The notes under the pieces: model-generated
What the model saw: the letters and a program-made list of their open reading frames with translations, nothing else
Told to the model about the DNA's origin: nothing
Databases searched by the model: none
Assembly: GCA_964276515.1 (NCBI GenBank)
Contig: OZ193909.1
Span: 11,532,001 to 11,596,000 of the forward strand
Reading direction: 5' to 3'
DNA from: Gordius albopunctatus
Lineage: Eukaryota
DNA: 64,000 nt
Part shown: in pieces, positions 40,601 through 52,600 of the stretch
Layout of the letters: every line of letters begins with the position of its first letter
Position numbering within the stretch: position 1 is the stretch's first letter
Translations under genes and position numbers: made by a program

Positions 40601-43600
40601 CACAGATTTATTTCTTTTTTGGCGCGTATGAATTAATTTGTATGACCCTTTAGCGCGAATTTTAAATGATGTCGAATTCTTTTAATAAAATTATTTTATC
40701 ATTTAATTATACTATCAGCTAATTTTCCCCTTCACGTTCGAAATTGAAAATATAATTTATAATAAAAATTATGACGACAAAAAAATAATATTTAGTTTGC
40801 TTAACCCATGCGGGCCCCGTCAACTCTTTCGCTTTCCCAAATAAATTTCACAAATTATCTCTAAAGAAATGGTATATATTAAAAATTGTATCACCTTTCA
40901 CAACCGGGAGAACTTATACCTTATTTAAAAGCGAAATGCTTGATGCGACATCAAAACATATTGCCATAACATACTTCAAATGATGTTAAATTAATTTTTT
41001 ATATGCGCTTGAAGACATGCCCTCCGTCATAATTTTTCCATAAATACTTAAATTACATATCGAATAAGAAGCAATGAATATATACTTTGGAATAAAATAT
41101 TTAAGGTGATTTTTCAAAAAGTAATTAAATTTGTAGCCTATTCGCAGAAAAATCAGTCCTTATTTTGATTTTAATTTATAGGGGTTATGGGGGGGGGCGT
41201 TGGGGTGTTAATTTATAGCACAAATATTTGTATAATAGATATAATAATATTATAAGATGGCTAAATGAGTAATAAAATCAATTTCCGAGAGTTATTTTGG
41301 CGCCAAATAAATAAAATATCGTTTCTAGCAATTTATGACCACTTCAAGATGGCCGCCCAACTTTCTCTTTTATTTAATTTGATTAATAGGTAGTATAAAA
41401 CATTTGTCTCAAATTTTAAACGGTTTGAGAGGGTTCAAAAGTAATTATGCCATTTCGGCCATTATGAGATGACCAATCGACAAAAAAATTTTTTTGATTT
41501 TTTTTCTATGGAGATAGGTCTTACCTATTCCTACAACAAGATTCTATGATCTGAGGGCCAATAACTTATAAATTTTATTGAATATAGCGTTACGAACCGA
41601 TTTTTTAAATGACCGATTTTCGACCTTTGAGCGCCCACAACTCAAAAAATAGTGACCCAAATGAGCTAAAATTTTCGGAAATTAATAATTTTACTAGTTT
41701 TACCATTTCCACCAAATTTCATAAAATTCTGAGGGGGTCTGCCGAAAACATGGCGATTTGACATGGAATGTCCCCACCGTAATTCTGTCTTAATTTATCC
41801 ATATATAACAAAGTGATGCGAATTATAAAAAAAGTATTATTTAAGAGTGGTTAAGAAAATATAACCGATAGATCAACAACCCCCCAAGAAACAATAAATA
41901 AAATGTTTTCTCTCCCCTGCATTCCCCGGCAATCTCTTTACCTGCAATTAGTTATTTACGTTTACTTTCCATCGATTGTAAAACAAAACTACAATTTAGA
42001 TAAATCTTCTGCAAAAAATATCCCCACACACTTATAGTAAGTTAGTTAATTTGTCAGACATAATGTATATGGCAAAATAACGTTTGCCGGGCTTATCTAG
42101 TCTTTAATATAATTATGAATGGTAATTTAGGATTGATAAAAATGGTTGCTGGACGACCGAAATATTAATATTTAAACCCATTTCCATCCTGGAATTTTAT
42201 CGATCCTAAATCACCATTATACGAAACAAATTCAATTCTACATAAATCTTTGTTGACAAGTAAATATTTTTTTATCATCTTTTTAAAAACCCTCAAAATT
42301 TTACTTAAATAATTTCATAGCAATTCGACGAGATAGTTTCTACAAAATATAATTAAAAACCCATCTTGTAAGCTTATTTGTCACAAGAAAAGGCACTCGA
42401 TTTTTTGATTTATTATGAATGGTGGTAAGGATTGGGGGTAGTAGTGCTAATTCATAATAAAATCAAAAGTATTATGATTATTATCCTTATTATATGGTAA
42501 ATTTTTTGTTGTCATTTTGGCCTCAAAAATAATAAAAATACATATTATGCCTTTTTTGACCATTTCCGGATGGTTGCCCAACTTCCATTTTTATTTAAAT
42601 AAAAAAACAGATGTTTTTAGTTGTATAAGATTTGGGACTAGTCAACGGTAGAAATGACCTTTAGTCCATTATCAGATGACCGATCAACCAAAAAATTGAT
42701 TTTATGGAGACACGTGTTACTACATTAAAATTTCACGAGGGCGTGAATAATTTAAACAAATTTACCAAATTCACTGTCATGATCAGATGTCTAAAAAACC
42801 GACTTTTAATTATTAAGCGCCCTCAACTCGAAAAGTAGTGGCTCAAATGAGCTAACCAAATTTCATAATATCAATAGTTTTTACATTTTTATTAGATTTT
42901 AGTACACTCTCAGGGGTCCGCCGAAAAGCGCGTTTTTATAATCGATTTGACCAATCATAAAACTATTTTTTAAGTACAAAAATATTTCTTTTTTGGGAAA
43001 TTTTTAGGATTTTAAAATTTGTAATTATTGCTAATTAAATATAGTAAATAAATTATTTGTGTCGGTACTAGGCCTTGAAGCATATTTTAATTTCGTTGGT
43101 TTTATCTTGGTCTTTTTACATTAACTTAACTTATATTACACAATTGAAATCTATATACTTTAAAGAGATCAAATACTATTTCAAAAATTTCCTGAAAGTT
43201 ACAATGGCGCAGTTAGAGATAAATATGTTTGGACTCAAACACCCAATGACATAGATGTTAGAGTATTTGTGCAGGACAACGCGAATTCGAGTAAATGCAT
43301 CGAGGTTTCCCTTAAAACTAAAACAATCAGTGTCAAGGACAAGCAAAATAATGAAGTATGTAAAAATATAAATGACTCTTTTAGTGCATTTTAGATAATT
43401 ATGTCGGGAGAATTATTTGCCGATATCCGAGTTGACGATAGTACTTGGAGTTTAATTCCAAAGGACCATATACACGTAACCATACGATTCATGCGCTTTA
43501 TATGTTTTTTAGATTAATTTGGAGAAAAAGCAACCTCGTATGTGGCTCAGTGTGCTTAAAGATGAAGCGCCTATAAGTATAAAAAATCTTGAACTGACGC

Positions 43601-46600
43601 AAAATATAGAGGAATTGGAAGAAGAAGAACAGGCAACAGTCGAAAGACTGATATACGATGAAAGTCAGAAGGCAAAAGGGCTACCCACTTCGCAACAAAG
43701 AGTAAAATATAAATTTTAACAACAGCATGCCATGGGCTAAGCGATATTTCCTTGAAGAATTGCAGGGTAATATGTTGACAATAATTTGCAAAAAGGACAC
43801 GATTAGGTATTGCTTCATTTAACAGGTCTCACCCTTAAATACTTAGTTCTGTTTGGAAAGATGTGTGATATTTTTAATCTAAATTGGGGTGGTCATTAGC
43901 TAGCTTAGATTTAATCTTTGATGCGCATTTTTTTGAAAGCAAAATTTAAAGTGGAAAGGCATTCGGTTTCGTCCTTATCAATTTTTACATTCACTAACAA
44001 GTTGTGGTTTAAAGTTTGGCTTTAGAACCAGCAGTCATTTTTTTGTACTTTTATAAAGAAACATTTATCAGAAATTATTTGGGAGGTTAACAAATTAATT
44101 ATAAAAAATTGAATTAACAATATTATAATTTGCAATTAAATAATAGCATTATGTATAAATATTTAGACGGTGTAAAAATTCTTTCATGGTCACTCTTTGT
44201 TGCATCCCTTGCCATAAATAGCATTAATCTTTGGTTTTATAAGAGAATGTATAATAAAGTATTAATTCAAAAATTTTAATGAGGTGTATGAATTAAACCT
44301 TTTGTATATTCGAATCTAATATTTACTTGCTGAGAAAAATTATTTTATTTATATTTATATTAAATAGCCAAGACTGAATTAATTAAGCTTTTTTTAATTT
44401 TCCGCAAATTAGTTATTTTCCCCGATCACTAATTTTAAATTTTATAAGTACACACAAAATATATTTCAAAATTAGTTTTTACATATAATACCGGCTTCAA
44501 CTTCCAAAAATGTAAATATTTTCACTCACATTTAGTTTAACCGATATTTAATGTTTGATTATTCTTGTACTAAACCAATTATACCTTAACATATATTAAG
44601 AAAAATAAGTTTACGGTTTGAGGCAATTTCATATTAAATAAATAATTCCATAATGCTACTTGTGATCATTTTGAATGTTTTTTTATAATAATCTAAGTAA
44701 AAAATTGTTATCAATCTTTATTTTTTAAATTTTCTTTATTTAGATTATAATTTTTTTTTAAATTTTTCTTTATATATATTATAATTTAAAAAAATCAGGG
44801 GATAAATTTATATAGTATAAATTTTTATATAAGTCGAGACATGTTGAGAATTCTCACCTAGGCGAGACCGAGATTTTCCTAACCCGAGACGAGAATTTGC
44901 TTTCGAGATCGAAATACTAGTCACAAAAACTAAAATAAATAAAATGCTTTGACAATTTCTCGCCTTATATATCATGACAAATAATGTTATTAACTAATTA
45001 TATTGACGCTAAATCCTTCCAATTTTAATTTTTAAATTAATTTTTCCATTTTAAAATTTCGCCCTCAAACCTTTGCCATGCGCCATAAGAATATGTATCT
45101 TTAATATATTCAAACCATTCAGAAGCCTCTGGGATCATTGAATTTTGCCTAACGCAATTCATTGTACACTACAACGATGTTATCTGGTGCCAAAAATGAA
45201 AGGGCCAATATCCTTCACATTTTCAAAAAGTTGTATTATTATTATTATACAACTCGGTTAATCCAAATGACCTCATCTTCTTAAATATTGCTCAGGAAAA
45301 ATGAAAAAAACATCCTTTTAAATGTAAATTAGCAAAAATGTTTGTAATATACCTTTCACAACAACGATTGGCAATGAAACACACAAAGCCCTTACACTTG
45401 CTTGCTCAAAATCTACTTAAACGTATCGCGACCGCAACTATAAATCATATTCGGAGCAAATATCGTTAATAATTCAAAAAAGTAAATTATATGATGCCTG
45501 AGACTTGTCCGTCAAAAGTGCAAATATTACCGGCATCATGATTATATAGACCTCTTCTTCTTCTTTATCGTGTTGAAAATCCCACAGACGTGGGGTACGT
45601 TTTCAGCAGCCTCTTCCATCTGAGTCGTGTGAATGCCATCCCAATTTCCATCTGTTTGACGTCCATATCCTTTTCGACCAGTCGTTTCCAGGTGGCACGT
45701 GGTCTGCCCCTTCCTCTTCTTCCAGGCACGTCCATCTCCAGCGTTCGGCGTGTGACATCGTCTTCGTCTCTTCGTAATACATGGCCGTACCACCGCAGTC
45801 GATTTCCTCTTAAGAAGTCCTTCGTCGCTTGTATACCCATCTTTGTCATCAAGGATTCGTTCGTCATGCGATCCAGCTTGGTGTAGCCTAAGCTCCATCG
45901 CACCATTCTCATTTCCGTGACTTGCAAGAGTTTCTCCTCCGCGCAGGTTACAGCCCATGTTTCGCTCCCGTAAAGCAAGACCGGTCGCACGATGGTTTTG
46001 TACGCCTTGCTTTTCAACCAAATTGGTATCTTTTTGTCACACATGACACCGGAGATGCTGCGCCACTTGAGCCATGCTTTCTTGATCCGAGAATGGACTT
46101 CGGCGGTACATCCTCCCTCTTGATGTAATAGCGAGCCAAGATATGTGAACTTATCAACCTCCGTGTACCTTGGACCTTCAATTTTGTGCATTTGCGGACT
46201 ACCGCCCATCGTTTGCATGTAAACCGTTTTCTTCTCGCTGACCTTTAACCCGAATTCCGAGAAACGTTCTGACCATTTTTTCGCCTGATGAAAAACCCCT
46301 TCTCTTGTTTCATCGCATAGGACAATATCGTCGGCATATAGCATAGTCCAAGGGGCTGGCTTGTGCAAGTCCTTTGTTATTGTATCCATAATTAGATTAA
46401 ACAAGAATGGGCTTAACGCTGATCCTTGATGTAGTCCGATCATTATTCGGAAGGGTTTCGTTACTCCTACGGTAGTCCTAACAGATGCAACCGCGCCATT
46501 ATACATTTCCTTGATAAGTCGAACATATCCTTCGGGTATATTTCTGGCTCTAAGGGACCACCATATTAAGTCTCTCGGAACCGTATCGTAGGCCTTTTCT

Positions 46601-49600
46601 AAATCGATGAAGACCATGTGTAATTTCTTTCTTATGTCGCCATATTTTTCCATCGTCTGCTTCAACGCAAAGATTGGATCCATCGTTGATTTACCGGCCA
46701 CAAATCCAAACTGATTGGGCGAGAGACAAACTTCGTCATTGAGCCTTTTCACTAGCACCCTTTCTAGTAGTTTTAGTGAGTGGCAGGTCAACTTGATACC
46801 TCTAAAGTTGCCACATTCCTGCGCGTCTCCTTTACCTTTGTATATGGGTATGATCGTACTTTCCCTCCATTGGTCAGGGATACGACTCTCATACAGCATA
46901 GCGTTAAATAAGCCTGTCATTATGTCGATTCCTTCTCCTTTGCACCCAAGCCAAGCTTCGATCGGTAGATCATCGGGACCTAGCGCTTTCCCTTTCCGCA
47001 TCTTCGTTAGTTGTGCTCCTATTTCATAAGCCTGAAATGGTAAAACCAAGTTCGAGTTCGGTTCCACCCTCTCTAGCGGTCTTCTATCATTTGTTTTGTT
47101 CATCATATTTTGGAAATAATCTTTCCATCTTTTGATGACTTCCTTCGGTTTGCACAACGTTCGTCCCTCTTCGCTTTTAATGACTTTAAGTGTCCCGACA
47201 TCTCGACTTTTTTTCTCCCTGATCTTTGCGAGTTTATACATGACTATGTCGCCGCCCTTGGTATCGAGCTTGTTTGCCATCTCGGTGTAAGCGTTGTTCT
47301 TCGCTATCGCGACCGCTATCTTAGCTTTGCGTTTCGCTTCACGATATGCCTCGTAGTCTTCTCCTTTCTTCGTTTTGTACCATCGTAGGTACAACGCCTT
47401 CTTTTCTTCTATAACCTCTTTGACCGAGTCATTCCACCACCATGGTTCACGCTTGTGAGCTCTGCCGCCCTTAGTTCGTCCCAATATTTGTAAGGCCGTT
47501 TCCTTTAGAACATTTGCAACGGTGCCCCACCTTTTGTTAATGTCGCCCTCCAAGCCTGCAACCTTCAAGAGCGGAGTTGCTCGAGTGTGAAACATTTCAT
47601 TTGCATGATCATCCTTAAGCTTTTCGTACTTTGTCCTTGGTGTGTAGACTTTTCTCCTTACGGGAAAAATCTTTCTTGCTATATCGAGGACAACTGGCCG
47701 ATGTTGTTTGGCGATTTCTTCCCCCGGTATAACCTTGCAATCTTTAACTTGCCACAAATTTATAGTCGACCTGTGTAAGGTGATTACCACTACTGTACGT
47801 CGCTAAATGTTCGGTACGCTTCTGAAAGAAGGTATTCACAATGGCCATATCGTAAGCTTGCGCCATCTGTAGTAACTTCTCTCCCTCTTTATTTTTCACT
47901 CCATAGCCATGCCCGCCGTGATTTCGTTCGTACACGCCCCTTTCTTTCCCAACGTGCCCATTAAAGTCTGCTCCGATGATGAGATTCTCGTCAGGCTTCA
48001 CGTAGCGTATTTCTTCTTCGAGCTTCTCATAGAATTCGTCCTTCTCGTTTTCAGAACATCCAACCTGGGGCGAATACGCACAAATAACATTGACAAGGCC
48101 GCCTTGATCCGCCAGCTTTATGCACATCAATCTATCCGAGCATCGTTTGACTTCGACTACCTTGTCCTTAAAGGAATCGCTAAGCACTATACCGACCCCG
48201 TTCTTCCGTGATGGGGAACCCGAGTAGTATAGCTTGTAACCATCTCCTAGCTCCCTGGCTTTTGTTCCATGCCACCGCGTTTCTTGTAGACACGCTATGT
48301 GTATCCTTCGCCTTTTTAGCATCTGCGCAACCTCGATGCTCTTCCCCGTCAGCGTGCCCACATTCCAGCTAGCCACTCTTGTCCGTTCGACAACTAGGTT
48401 CCTTAACCGCCTTCGTTGTGAGTGAGGCGGTGACCCTTGTATACTTTTCACATTGCACGGGCGGATGATGCAATGCGCGTCGTTTGGGGAGGACGCCCTA
48501 GCATTCTGGTATAAGTTCGTATTTGAAGCTGCCATGGTGTTTGGAGTTGCTTTTTACAGCCGGCTTCCGACCTGACGCCAACCCTCCACTTTTTTCACAC
48601 GGACTTGGGACCGTCGTTGGTAGTGTTATGATTATATAGACCTATGGCAATAAAAAAAAATAATAATAATGAAGCCTTATAATACAAATACTTGTTTAAA
48701 GAGTTGTATGTCCCATCACAAATTTCCGGCTTCACGCAGAATTTTTAAATTCCCGGGGGTTCTAAATACCAGTAGTTTATTTCAATAGGCCTCGTGATTA
48801 TGATGACATGTCACTCGGTAACGATCACTCACCTGAGCTTTACCCTTACAGGTTTTGGACTTGCATTTGCTGTAAGTTATATTTTGAAAAACATTTTGCT
48901 TTGCATATAGATATCCAATTAGATACAGAAAAACCCCGTTTTTTTGAGATACTAAATATCACTTGCCAATTAAAAAGGTACAATGGCCTGTTGCTTGCTA
49001 TGAAAAACATTCACCAGAAAATGTGCGTCATTTAATAAACTTTTAAAAGTGTTCTTAATCATTCAAAGATAAACAAAGTTTTCTTCATGGATAAGTTATC
49101 GGGAATTGTTGAGGGAGTTAAAAAAATATTATAATTAATATGATATTTCGTTTTCATAGAAAAGATTATCAGATGAGTAAAATAAATTTAAGTAAAATAG
49201 AATAAATTTAAATAAAATAGAATATAAATTAAATAGTATGTTCTTTTGGTAGGGATAAATTTTTTTGTAACCAAGGTAGAGGCCTACTCTTCCCATATCT
49301 TCATTTAGAGAGGGGTTAAGTCTTCTAATAAAGAAGGATTCTAACGTCTTCCTTTCAAAATATTATTTTGTAAAAAGTAGAATTGATTGTTTAAGTTTTA
49401 ACGTATGATTTTCCTTTAAAATGTGGTTAGATACTCCTGTTGGTACCACGTTGGCGCGCCACTTCATTCCCGTCGCTATCTTCTACCCAATATTTGACAT
49501 TATTGTCAGCTTTCCTAATTATCCCTGGGGTCCATTTAACTTTAGCGTTAAATAACCTCATCCACACATGATACCCTCTTTTGAACCTGGTCTTTTCTAT

Positions 49601-52600
49601 CACTTCTTCTGCATCTTCCTTCTTGAAGAAGTCTATCCAACATCTCCCCCTTTTACATAAGAACTTTTCACTAGGTGATCTTTCCCCTAATTTTCTGGTA
49701 CTATTGTATACCATTTGCATCTTACATAATTCTCCCCCACCCGCTTCTTCCTTTTTGAACCAGCTTTTTACTATTCCTACAATTCTCTCTGCCTGTCCAT
49801 TTGATTGCGGATAATACGGCGCAATCACTTCATGTCTCACCCCTTGTTCTATAAAAAATTTGCTCAACTCCTTACTAATGAAGACCGGTCCTCCGTTCGA
49901 CACAACCCTTAGGGGCAATCCATATTTTCCAAATAACCCCTTCATAATGCTAATAACAACCCTTCCCGACATTTTACTTACTTTGAAAAATTCCACCCAC
50001 TTAGAATACGCGTCTACCACCAATAAAAACGCCTTGCCTCTCCACTCAAAGAAGTCTACATGCACCCTCTCCCAAGCCCTAGCGGCTGATTTCCATCTAC
50101 CCTTCAAAATATTTATATCATTCATTTCTTGAAGGGCTAAGATACTTTAAAAGAATTAGAGGTGGGCGCGGGCCTAATTTTTTATTCACGGCCCGCCCAC
50201 TCACGCTTACCACTAAAAATTTTTTGACCCGACCCGCCCGCTCACGAAAGGCAATATTTTGATTCACGGTGACAAGCACAAGAGTGTTGTCTTGGTAGAT
50301 ACATAAAACTTTCCTGTCTATTTTAATATTCAAATATCTCATTTAATGCTAATTAGAAAAATTCAACTTCTTCACCTATATATTTTCTCAAATAATCTAT
50401 AATTTTTTTAAAAAAATATAAAAAAAATAAAATGTATACTATTTATTTTTACCTAAAGGCCTTTAAAAATTTAAAATAAATCATAAGGTAACATTATGTG
50501 TCACTGATAATGCACGAAATTTTTAAAAGGCCTCTGGATTAATCAAAGCACCTTAGAAAGAAAATCAATTGGATTGTGTCTTAAAAGGATACAAGGAAAG
50601 CAAACCTATGATGTGATTGCTAAGAGCATCATTGATGTACATAAGCAATTCAAAATTCACAACAAATTTGTTCAAACCATTACTGACAATGGATCCAATT
50701 TTGTAAAAGCCTTTAGGTAATATTTTTTTCTTGAAAAAATAAAGCATATGTTATAGGGTGTATGAAGAAGAGACAATACATTCTGATGTTCAGGAACAAG
50801 ATGAAGATTTAGAGAGTGTGGATATTGAAGATATAATAAGTAATTCTCCTGAAGAAAAATCAAAACATAGGCGCTGTGCTTGTCATTGTCCTAATTTGGT
50901 AGCCAATTTTGATATCAAGGAAGCATTTTTTAATTACAATTCTAAAAAAATATTTCGTTCAACATTTAACAAATGCCAAAATTTGTGGAATAAGTAAAAT
51001 ATTTCCACTCGGTTGACTGATATATATAAAGAGAAAATTGGAATATATTTAATTACCCCAAATAAAACTAGGTGTAATAGTTATTATGAGGCTGTGAATT
51101 TATTAAATAAATTGCTTGATACCAAAAAATCAAATTTGTATGATCTGTTTGATGAAATAGGCTTATCTAGGTTCAAAGAAGAGGAAAGTATTTATTCATG
51201 AGTATTCTTTAGTAAGTTTTACATTATAAGCAGATATAATAGCTGTTTATAAATTTACATAATTATAAAAATAATTAAGATACAGAAAAAACAATTAAAA
51301 TTGCATTTTATTGACATTCATCATTAAAAGCATTTCGAGGTGACTATCTGTCAGGCTACCCCTTCCGTCGCTTAAAATCGCCTTAGCTTTGCTGAAGAGG
51401 CGTCCACGGGGCACTCGAAGGAATCGGAGTGTTATATCTTATAATTTTTTAGCGAAGAAAATTGTTGGAAGATTCCCAGAGATGTATCGGTAGATTGCAA
51501 AAAATCCTGAAATGTCGTTTTCTGTTGATGATCATTCATTTCAAAAAAGCATCGAAATCTTTTCTTTGAAAGACTTCCTTATTTACTGACTCAGTCATAA
51601 TTTGGCTTTCAAGTAACCGCGTAATTCGTTTTACTGAAAGTATATTTTCATCTTCATTGCACCAACTAAAATTTGTTTTAAATAATGGATTTAGAAAAGC
51701 CGCAGGCAGTTATTGTTGGCAAAAGATATCCTAAGTCAATGTATCTATCACCTAAAATTTGCAATGATCTAGCCAGTGGTTCCATAACCTATTAATTAAT
51801 ATGTAAATTTATAAACAGCAATTATATCTTTATAAAGTACAACTTACTGAAAAAAACTCATCAATAAATATTCTTTCTTCTTTAAACCTGGGTAAACCTA
51901 TCTCATCAAATAGATCATACAAATCAGATTTTTTTGTATCAAGCAATTTATTTATTAAATTAACTGCCTCGTAATAGCTATTCCACCTAGTTTTATTTGG
52001 AGCAATTAAATATTGTCCAATTTTATCTTTAAATAGATCAGCAAACTGAGTTGACATGTTTACTTATTCCATAATTTTTGGCATTTTGCAAATGTTGCAC
52101 GAAATATCTTTTTGAAATTGTGATTCAAAAAAGCTTCTTTGATATCAACACTTCCTACCAAATTTAGGCAGTGGCAAGCACAGTGCCCATGTTTTGGCAA
52201 ATATTCTTTTTCATCTACGTGACAATGACTGATGATATCCTGAATATCTATTCTCTCTAAATCTTCGTCATCAAGTTCCTGAGCATCTAAATTTATAGCC
52301 TCTTCTTGATACACCCTAGAACATATGCTTTATTTGTTTAACAAAAAATTTTACCTAAAGGCTTTTACAAAATTGGATCCATTGTCAGTAATGGTTTGAA
52401 CCACTTTGTTATGAATTTTGAATTTCTTGTGGATTTGAATGATATTATTAGCAATCACATCATAGATGTGTTTGCCTTGAATTCTTTTTAGACCCAAACC
52501 AATTGATTTTCTTTCCAATGTGTTTCCATTAATCCAGTGTGCTGTTAAACCGATGTAACCTCTAAATAAATTAGAATATATAAATATGACTTATTAATAA

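Larger units (their letters stand above)
34734..42100 (+). mobile_element. Non-autonomous Helitron carrying nested hAT and foldback insertions
   Basis: Segments 34734-35148, 39609-39891 and 41775-42100 reconstitute the inverse of the 21703-25922 element; 3' hairpin + CTAG|T. Confidence 0.8.
45554..48627 (-). mobile_element. RTE-clade LINE, family A, full-length copy 2
   Basis: 16-bp TSD ATGATTATATAGACCT (45538-45553, 48628-48643); ORF 48535-45565 broken only by a net 17-bp deletion near 47760; nearly identical to copy 1. Confidence 0.95.

Noticed and set aside
25503..45553. Past inversion between the two inverted RTE copies
   Set aside because: Each copy retains its own matched TSD pair, and the NUDCD3 exons on both sides of copy 2 are colinear.
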